A DNA stretch of 63,491 nucleotides, counting the filler, from Conidiobolus incongruus B7586 (lineage: Eukaryota), in assembly GCA_000697335.1 (NCBI GenBank). It is 10 parts of 10 records of this genome, joined end to end, with 100 filler letters (N's around TTAATTAATTAA, not from the genome) between each part and the next. Parts side by side here need not be neighbours in the genome. Positions count along the whole stretch, not along the records: positions 24,265 to 54,846 come from JNEM01006898.1; positions 54,947 to 57,098 come from JNEM01006899.1; positions 57,199 to 59,973 come from JNEM01006900.1; positions 60,074 to 63,491 come from JNEM01006901.1; 6 more parts are not named here. One strand, given 5' to 3'. The notes beneath the pieces are model-generated. The model searched no databases. It was not told where the DNA came from and was given only the letters and a program-made list of their open reading frames with translations. Of this stretch, positions 53,687 through 63,491 are shown piece by piece (the first letter of the stretch is position 1; every line of letters starts with the position of its first letter). Position numbers and translations under genes: made by a program.

Positions 53687-54780
53687 AACCATAGGAAGTA
53701 TTACATACAAAAAAATATAGTAATAATTAAATCAACTTTAAATTTATCAATTTCATTCAATAGTTAACATCATTTTCAAAAATATTACTATGTTATTTTA
53801 TACATTTTAAAATCATAGAATTGAATAATGTACATATAAAATACTTCCAAACAATAGATAAATAATATTTAATTTGGAGGTATAACTATATCTTGTCTAA
53901 TACAAACCAAAATTTCAAACTTGGCTAACTATATTATGATAATGTTTATTTGCCGTGATGTATCGGGTTGTATTGGCTCCATAATGAGGTAATCCTTGTT
54001 GACCCGTAACTTCCGAACTCAATTCGGTAAAGTCAATATAAAAACAAGGTAAATTCCATAACAAATCGAATAAATTATTGACATTAATAAAATAAGACAA
54101 AATTATTAAATTTCCATAATTGTACTAAATTTATTAAATTTCCAAATTTGACCAATTTCATTCTATAATAACATATTCTAATTGATCAAAATTTTTTAAT
54201 CATATAAAGAAGATTTTTCAATATAGATCATTATTAAGGTATTTAAATTTAACTGCTATATAATATTAAATCCATATATCATATATTTTCCAACAATGTT
54301 GGCTTGAACATCGCTTAAGACGAATCAACATTTGAAAAATATTATTACTTTTCTAAATATAATTATTATATTTCTTTAAAATCTCTCTCATTATTATTTT
54401 CTTAAAATTTTTAATTTTTAATTCTTTAAAATAAAAATATATTAATATTAATAATTAATCTGAGTCATAAGTTTATATGCGATCCTAATTAAAATTTGAT
54501 TTTGATAATTAGATATTATTAAACTAAATTGATTAGATATTTCCGCATACAAAATCTTATTTTGAATATTCATTTAGATTATTTACTTTTGAATTATTTT
54601 AAATAATCAAAATACGCTTTAATTTTAATAACTTTATATGATTCATATTAAAATATTATTCTTTTTTTTTTAAAAAAAATTATATCTATTCAGAGAATTT
54701 TTATTATGTATTGATATATATATATATTGTTTCTGAAATTATCATTTGATTAGAGAAAAGTTACAAATATTAAGGTCATG

Positions 54781-54816
<36 letters not shown>

Positions 54817-54946
54817 AATTATTAATAAATTTAATTAAGTTAAATTNNNNNNNNNNNNNNNNNNNNNNNNNNNNNNNNNNNNNNNNNNNNTTAATTAATT
54901 AANNNNNNNNNNNNNNNNNNNNNNNNNNNNNNNNNNNNNNNNNNNN

Positions 54947-55379
54947 CAGTGTGTCTCCTCTAAGAGACCCACTAGGGGAGTGTTAAGAGACTAGTTCTCT
55001 AAATTCTTATATATATTTTTATATAATTTAATTAACTATAAATTATATAATTAATTTATACTTTTATAGCTAAATTAATTGTATAAATAGCATTGAATTA
55101 TCTAATAAACTAGGTTCCTCTTTTTTCCTCTCAATTCTTACTATTTTTACTTTTACACTATTTCTAAGATTGAGACTATATTCTGTTGATATTGTAGGAT
55201 ATTGGCACTACCTAATATAAATCTTAATATATTGGTGACTCACCCTAGTTTGAAGCTTAATTAAACTTTGTTTACACTTGCACGCTACAGCCACGTTATA
55301 TTACCATGTTCTGCACCACACTACTTTTATATTAAGTCTTCCTCTGCACTATATTAGTTTAACTACCACTACACTTACA
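54947..55379 (+). mobile_element. 3' end of a Gypsy copy: polypurine tract plus 3' LTR (54981-55379)
   Basis: AGGGGAG directly before TGTTAAGAG..CTTACA. Same LTR family as 3048-3445, overall less mutated. Confidence 0.9.
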
Positions 55380-56581
55380 AATAATTTGTTCTATATTTTT
55401 GGTAAGCTTTTAATTCTTAAAAAATAGTTTTTCTTAAAGACTGAAATTGGATGTTTTATAAATCAATTTAATTTATTTGCAAGAATTTTTTTCTTATAAG
55501 CTATTTTTTTAATTATCTAAAGTAATTATAATTACATAGGTTATAATTAAGTGAATATACCAGATATAATAACTCCCTCTAATTTTTTTTTATATAAAAA
55601 ATCTTTTATAGCTTTAGTTTAATATATTTTGCAATTATTATACAAAATAATAAATATCTTTAATTTATATTAAAAACATCATTTAGAAATTATTTTATTT
55701 AAAAAGAAAATATATCACTTACTATTAATTGATTTTCCTTGAGATATTAAATAAAAAAACTATATACCATTATAATTTATTATAATAATTAATATTCACT
55801 TATATTTAAAATATTTATTTATTAGAATTAATAGAAGGGATTAATTTAGTTTAACCTAACAGCTTGTTTTAATTTTAGGTAAAGGATTATATAAAAGAAT
55901 TTAAGATTTTTTAATTATAAGTATCTATTCTATAAACCTTTGTTTTTAGTTATACTTTAATAAGTTTAGTTTAGCTATAGCTACTCTAGTTTTTTTTAAG
56001 CTTTTGTTAAATTATAAGGTATCTATTTTGAATTTTTATTAATTAATCTAAGTTTAAACTTAAGTAAATATAATATGCTTGTATAATTAATATTAACCTG
56101 TTTTAATAATTCTCTAATAGAATTAAAAGGGTATTTTTTAATATATTTTTTTACTTTATTAATAAATGAAAAAATAAAAATAGAAATTAATCTTTTTGAT
56201 TTTAGTAAATTTTAAATAATATCCTTTCCAGCTTTAAAATCACAAATCCAGCAATATTTGGTAGTTTTAGATAAAACATTATCTTTATAAACTATATATA
56301 AGTTTTAAATAATTTTAGAGGGTTTATAGTTAAGTTTTAAAGATATAAAAATAAAAGCCTTTTGATAATCATAATTTAGATTAAGTATAATTCAATTTAA
56401 ATATAAACTTTAAAATTAAAATATTTTTATAATAAATGATTAAAATTGAATATATATATATATATAGTTTAAAAAAAAATTTTTATATATATATTATTTA
56501 TATAAAATCTTTCAAAATATATAATATGTTTGAAAGATTAGAAATTAAAAAATTTATTGTTTTTTAATTTTTATATTGATA
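55380..56581 (-). mobile_element. Mariner family A copy interrupted near its 3' end by the Gypsy LTR
   Basis: Colinear with about 22930-24136. Left TIR relic at about 56555-56581. Confidence 0.87.
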
Positions 56582-58148
56582 TTTTCAAAATTTAAATCAA
56601 TAGATTAAATCTTATAGGGATTATAATATAATAGTAAGTATTTTAGATTTAAACTGAATTTAAATAAGATCAGTTTAAATATAAATTATTTTAAATATAT
56701 AAATATACTAGTTTTATATTTAAGAGGATTTTTAAATTACTGTAAATATTCTTGTTTTATAATCATTTAACTTTCTTTTAAGTTAAATTTAATAAAAAAG
56801 TTAATATATTTAATATTAGATTAAAATTCAATAATATTTAAAGATAAGTGAATTTAAAGTTTTAAAGCAATTATTAAATTAAGATATTTGTTATAATTAA
56901 TAAAATAAAAGTTAAAACGTATTGATTTATTAATAAATATATTAAATGAATATTATAGTTAATAGATATAAGTATCTTAATTTAATTAATTAATTTTAAT
57001 ATAAGCTTTAATCATTTGCTATAAGGTTTTAATAATTCTTTCAATAAATTTATTAATTTAATGATAATTAATAATAGATATAGTTATATTAATCTTAANN
57101 NNNNNNNNNNNNNNNNNNNNNNNNNNNNNNNNNNNNNNNNNNTTAATTAATTAANNNNNNNNNNNNNNNNNNNNNNNNNNNNNNNNNNNNNNNNNNNNAT
57201 AAATAAAACAAAAAATAAATATAAAGGATTTTTTAATAAAATAATTATAATATTATTTTATTAACTTAAGAGAAATTAAATAAAGAAAAAATAAGATTAA
57301 ATATTTTTTATTTATTTAATTTATTTTTTTAATAAATATTTTTAGGTATTTAAATAAGTAAGTGATTTTTAATTTATAAGTATTAACAAAAATTACAATA
57401 TAAAAAATATAAATATTTTTCAATTATTTCTCCTAAAGTAAAAAGTATTTATTTATAAATTAAATGTTTTAATTTAACTAGTTTGATTTTTCTTAACTGA
57501 AATATTATTAACTTTAAAGTAATATTTAGAAACTTATACTCAATTTATTTTTTTATTTAATATTTAACTTTATAATTACAAAGTAAAATATAAATTAAAT
57601 TTAAATCAAATTAATTATCTATTAATTAGAAAAATATTAAAGTTAGTGAAAATAATAATAGATAGTTGTAATTAAAAATAAATAAAATAAAAGTATTAGT
57701 AAAGTAAAAATTGAAATATTTATGCAAAAAATATATAATAGGGTTTATTAAAAAAAATTTTTTTCTTAAGAGATTAATTTAAAATATGATAAGTTTAATA
57801 AAAAAGTCAATGAAATCTTTAAAGTAATTTAATAATTTAAGCATAAACATAAGTTAATCTCTGTTTATAAGTATAATAAAGCTTTTATGCTATTTAATTT
57901 AATTAAATCAATATTAATTCTTTAAGAAAAAAAATATAATTATAAAAAAATTGAAGAAACATTAAAAATATTGTTTAATAATTTAAAAACTAATTAAATT
58001 CTTAAATAATTTATAAAACTTAATTAATATATTAAATATATTTTTCTTTAGTTTAAATAGATTAAGATATTATTAAAATAAGTAATAATAAAGTTATTAA
58101 TAATAAAATTAAGAAGGGAATTAATAAATTAAGTGAAAATTATAAGAA

Positions 58149-59721
58149 TACACTAACCTACAAAATTAAGTCATAAAATCAAAAATATATATATATTAGT
58201 TAATAAATAAAACAATTGTATATATTAGATTACTTAAAACTATAATATATAATTAGAGTATATTATTTAATAATAAATAAATATATTTAGATATATTTAG
58301 TAAACTATTAGCAAAAATATTAACCCTTAATATTTAACTAAGGTGAGTTATAAATTTACAGGTTTTTGAGATAAGGGGATATATTTAACAATATATAACT
58401 ATATTTTTTTTCTCTCTTTGCTATTATTTTATATTATATTTTACAGATATGCTAAATTTATTTTATTAGTATTAATATACCTAAATCTCTTTCTAAAAAA
58501 ATCTACTTATTTATTAATTAACTTTATAAAAAAGGTAAATCAATTTGTGATATAGTTAGAATTACTAGTGTTAATTAGTCTATTATAGTTAAGGTTGTTA
58601 AGAATAGTAATAAAGAAACATTTAAACTTAAACTTAAGTTTACTAGATTTATAAATGAATATAATAAGTATATCTGTAAGTTAGTTAATATAAGCAAGTA
58701 TAGTACTATTATAGAAATACAACAAAAATTGTAAAATTATATAAAAATATTAGTTAGTACTAATATTATTATATGTGTTTTATATAAGTATAGATACTAC
58801 TTACATCTTAAGAAAAAACATCCCTAATTAAAGAAATCCTATTATAAAGTTAGGTGGGAGTTTAAATGTCACTATTAATATTAAACCAAAACTAATTAGA
58901 GTAAGGTTATTTAATTTAATAAAACAAAAATATATCTTAGTGGATCTAATAAAAAAACTAGATACTTTAGAAAAGATACAAAATTACTTTATAACCATTA
59001 TGTTAAGTTTACCCAAAAGTACAATAATAGGTTAATTATTGTTTGGGAATATATATTGTTTTTAGGTATAAGATATCTTTATAAAGTTAATAGGGGAATT
59101 AATATTGAGATATATTAAAGTATTTTAAACAATAAACTGAAAAAAACCATTGAATAATATAGGTTAAACAAATCTAATATTATTTTCTAGTAAGATAATA
59201 CCTCTAGCTATATTATAACTTTTACTACTAAATAGCTTAAAAATAACAAGATAATAGTTATAGAGTAGCTTCTTTAATTTCTTAACTTTAATTTAATTAA
59301 ATACCTTTAAGATTAGTTAAAAAAAGCTATTAAAGTTTTCCCCTTAATAAAAGATTTAAATCAACTTTAAAAATATGTTTAAGAAGTATAGAACAAGATT
59401 AACTTTTTTTAGTATAAGAAGTTAGTTGATTTTATTCCCTATAAACTTAAAGAAATTAGAAAAGCTAAAGATAAATATATTAGGTTTTAATTTTTTTTAT
59501 CACCAAAAACCTACAAATTTATAACTTACTTTAGATAAAATTTAAGGGTTTATATTTTAACTAATTAATAACTATATATTATCATTTAATGATATATATA
59601 ATTAATAAATATAATAGATTTTAATTATTTAATTTAGGTTTAATTTATTAAATATTTATTAAGTTATTAGTAAAAATATAAGTGTTTTTGATTTTATTAC
59701 TCATTTTTATAGGTTAGTGTA
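58149..59721 (+). mobile_element. Full-length degenerate Tc1-like transposon (family C), ~1.57 kb
   Basis: TIRs TA-CACTAACCTACAAAATTAAGTCATAAAATCAAAA and TTTTGATTTTATTACTCATTTTTATAGGTTAGTG-TA. HTH relic KKGKSICDIVRITSV and DDE relics as in 21297-22663. Confidence 0.92.
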
Positions 59722-59795
59722 TAGGTAAATTATATATTTTAACTTAAATTTATCTAATTAAGAACTATTTAAGATATAGGTAAATATATAAGAAA

Positions 59796-59831
59796 TTTTG
59801 ATTTTATGACTTATTTTTGCAAGTTAGTGTA
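59796..59831. repeat. Orphan family-C-type TIR
   Basis: ttttgattttatgacttatttttgcaagttagtgta matches the family C TIR. Confidence 0.65.
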
Positions 59832-60084
59832 TATATTAAAATATTTATTTATTTTAAATTATAAAAAATTCCCATGATTTAAAATATAAAATAATAGCTT
59901 AAAAATAAAATATCAAAGTTTTTAAAATTAACTTAATTATCTATTTATAAAAAAATAAAAAATATTAATAAATNNNNNNNNNNNNNNNNNNNNNNNNNNN
60001 NNNNNNNNNNNNNNNNNTTAATTAATTAANNNNNNNNNNNNNNNNNNNNNNNNNNNNNNNNNNNNNNNNNNNNTTATTTAATAG

Positions 60085-60320
60085 ATATTATTTAAATTTT
60101 AAAAAAATATTTTTAACTAAGAAAGTCCTATTATAAAATTTATTAAAAGTTTAAATACCATTATTAAAATTAAGTCAAATTTCATTAAAATATATTTATT
60201 TAATTTAATAAAATAAAAATATATTTTAAAAAATTTAATAAAAAAGCTAGATATTTTAAAAAAAATAAAAAATTACTTTATAACAATATATTATTATAGC
60301 CTAAAAATATAATAATAGGT
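60085..60320 (+). mobile_element. Highly decayed internal fragment of Tc1 family C
   Basis: Similar by eye to 21810-22030 (aaaaagctagatattttaaaaaaaataaaaaattactttataac). Confidence 0.55.
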
Positions 60321-60368
60321 TATTTATAATATAAATATATAAATTATCTTTAATTACAAAAAATTTTA

Positions 60369-61669
60369 TATTACCTTAAAATTGAAAAAATGGGAATTTT
60401 TTAATTTCTGATTTTTCAAATATACTATTAATTTAAATAAAAAAAAATACAAAATAAATAAGAAATTAAATAATTCTGAATTATATATATATATAATAAT
60501 TTTTTGATTAAAAAATTTATTTTTGAAAATTGATTGTTTAATTTAATTATACTTATACTAAATATTGATTATCAAAAGTTTTTTATTTTAGTATCTGTAA
60601 AACTTAACCATAAACCCTCTAAAATCATTTAAAATTTACCAGTAACTTTTGGTAATAAAATATTATCTAAATTAACAATTTATTACCAAGTAAATTACTT
60701 TAAGGTTAAGAGAGAAATTACCTAAAACTTGTTAAAATCTAAAAAACTAATTTCAACTATTATCCTTCTAATTATTAATAAATTGAAAAATTATATTGAA
60801 AAGCACCTATTTATTTCAGCTAGAGAATTATCAAGATACTTTAATATTAACCATATAAGTATTTTATATATATTAAAACATAAATTAAAATTAGTTAACA
60901 AAAATATAAAATGGGTATTTTATAATTAAATTAAAACTTAAAAAAAGCTAGAATAGCTATTATTAAACAAAACTTACTAAAGTATAATTAGAAACCAAAA
61001 TATTTACAATAAATTATTATAATTGATGAATCTTAAATTTATTTGTATAATCTTTTACTAAAATATAAATCAAAGTGTTAGATTAGGTTAAATCAACCCC
61101 TTTTATAAATACCTTTAAATAAATACTTTATTGATAAATAAATCTAAATTATTGTAATAGATTAAAATAAGATATGTTATATTTATTTAATTCCTGAAGG
61201 AAAATTAATTAAGAGTAAACTTTATATTTCTTTTTTAAATAAAAGTATTTCTAATTGTTATTCTTAATATAATTTAAGAAAACTTATTATTTTGCATGAT
61301 AATTATAAAATATATAAATTTGAAGTTATAAAAAACTTTCTAAGAATAACTGAAAAAAACTACTATATCTAATATATTCATTAGATTATAACCTATGTGA
61401 TTATAATTGTTTTAGGTAATTAAAAAACCAGCTTATAATAAAGAAAATTTTTACAAGAAAATTAGTTTGTGAAATATTAAATTTCAGTCTTTAATAAAAA
61501 AAACTATTTTTTAAGAGTTAGATCTTTGTTAAAAGTATAGCAAAAAGTTATTAGAATTAAAAGAAATTATTAATTTTATATTTTATATTTATTTTTATTT
61601 TTTATCTATTAAAATGTTTATTTTTTTTCAATTGCAAAAAATTTTTATTATTTAAATTATAAAGTAATA
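60369..61669 (+). mobile_element. Full-length degenerate mariner-like transposon (family B)
   Basis: Both TIRs. ORF 60729-60929 retains HLFISARELSRYFNINH..KWVFYN (second HTH plus WVPHxL relic). Confidence 0.9.
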
Positions 61670-61931
61670 ATATTTCACTGTATTTTTATATAGTTTTTTA
61701 ATTTCTATTATATTTTTATAATAATATTATAATTACAGTTAATTGATTTGTTTATAAATATTTTTCTTTATTAAATTCATTTATTTTTTTTAAATCCAAA
61801 ATTTATATTTAATTTTATTTATATTTTATAAAAATTTAATAATTTGTCTAATATTAGATATTATAATAAATAAATAATTTAGTTCAATTATAATAGAAAA
61901 TCAATTTATATAAAATATATAATTTAAAAAA

Positions 61932-63488
61932 TATATTAACCTGTAAAAATAAGTTATAAAATCAAAAACACTTATATTTATACTAATAACTTAATTAATA
62001 TTTACTAAAATAAACCTAAATTAGATAATTAATATCTATTATATTTATTAATTATATATATCATTAAATGATGATATTTAGCTATTAATTAGCTAAAATA
62101 TAAACCTTTAAATTTTACCTAGGGTAAGTTATAAATTTGTAGGTTTTTGGTGATAAAAAAAAATTAAAATTTAGTATATCTACCTTTAGCTTTTCTAACT
62201 TCTTTGAGTTTGTAGGGTATAGAATCAACTAACTTCTTATATTAAGAAAAGTTAATCTTGTTCTATACTTCTTAAGCATATTTTTAAAGTTGATTTAAAT
62301 TTTTTACTAGGGGGAAAACTTTAATAGCTTTTTTTAATTAATCCTAAAGGTATTTAATTAGATTAAAGTTAAAAAATTAAAGAGGCTATTTTATAACTAT
62401 TATTTTATTATTTTTAAGCTATTTGGTAATAAAAGCTATAGTATAACAAAAGGTATTATCTTACTAGAAAATAATATCAGATTTGTTTAACCTATATTAT
62501 TCAATGGTTTTTTTCAATTCATTGTTTAAAATACTTTAGTATATCTCAACATTAATTCCCCTTGTTAATTTTACAAAAATACCCTATACCTAAAGATAAC
62601 ATATATCCCTAAATAATAATTAACCTATTATTATACTTTTGGGTAAAATTAACATGATAATCACAAAGTAATTCTAGATTTTTTTAAAGCATCTAGCTTT
62701 TTTATTAGATTTATTAAAGTATATTTTTGTTTTATTAGACTAAATAACCTTACTCTAATTAGTTTCAGTTTAATATTAATGGTGATATTTAAACTTTTAC
62801 CTAATTTTACAATTGGATTTCTTTAGTTAAAAGTGTTTTTTCTTAAAATATAAGTAATATCTATACTAGCATAAAGTATATATAATAGTATCAATGTTAA
62901 CTAATATTCCTATATAGTTTTATAGTTCTTGTTATATTTTTACAGTAGTATTATACTTACCTGTATTAATTAACCTATAGATATATTTCTTATTATATTC
63001 ATCTATAGTCTTAGTATATTTAAGTTTAGGTTTAAATGTTTTTTTATTGTTATTCTTAACAACCTTAACTATAATAAATTAGCTAACACTAGTAATTTTA
63101 GTAATATCACAAGTTGATTTATCTTCTTTACAAAGTTAATTGATATATAAATAGATTTTTTTAGAGAGGGATTTAAATATAATGATACTAATAAAAAGAA
63201 TTTAATATATCTATAAAATATTATATATAATAATAACAAAGAGAGAAAAAAGATATGGTTATATATTATTAAATATATCCTTTTATCTCAAAAACCCACA
63301 AATTTATAACTTATCTTGGTTAAATATTAAGGATTAATATTTTTGTTAAAAGTTTACTAAATATATTTAAATATATTTATTAATTATTAAATAATATACT
63401 TTCAAGTAATCTAATATATACAATTGTTTTAGTTATTAATTAAAATATATATATTTTTGATTTTATAACTCACTTTTGCAGGTCAGTG
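61932..63488 (-). mobile_element. Full-length degenerate Tc1-like transposon (family C)
   Basis: Reverse-complement copy of 58149-59721. Best-preserved TIR reads CACTGACCTGCAAAAGTGAGTTATAAAATCAAAA on the minus strand. Confidence 0.92.
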
Positions 63489-63491
63489 TTT

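Noticed and set aside
3048..55379. 5' LTR at 3048 and 3' LTR at 54981 as one giant element capturing the host genes
   Set aside because: They are 52 kb apart, the flanks do not form a matching TSD (AATAT versus AATAA), and each sits in a different host repeat. Separate insertions.

Overview
Very AT-rich eukaryotic scaffold with nine 100-nt gap spacers. Short GT-AG introns, a MedA homologue, a TKL-Sel1 kinase and a fungal-type ADP/ATP carrier suggest an early-diverging fungus, possibly Entomophthoromycotina/Conidiobolus-like (inference only). The ends (about 1-9.5 kb and 55-63.5 kb) and 18-26 kb are nests of dead transposons: two mariner (DD34D) families, one Tc1 (DD34E) family, and a Ty3/Gypsy element plus further LTR copies. 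All were inactivated by near-exclusive C>T/G>A hypermutation, largely at CpA/TpG. Host genes I can support are a 103-aa orphan, a 3-exon MedA-like regulator (479 aa), a 5-exon 154-aa putative mitochondrial protein absent from the ORF track, a 3-exon TKL pseudokinase (HRN) with Sel1 repeats (763 aa), and two tandem AAC paralogues. Best leads: (1) RIP-like hypermutation that hits TEs but spares a linked near-identical gene duplication; (2) a ~340-nt GC-rich structured ncRNA candidate at 34.1-34.4 kb; (3) an AAC pair that looks homogenised except at functional residues and shares an unusually long, identical, structured intron. All counts and alignments were done by eye and are approximate.
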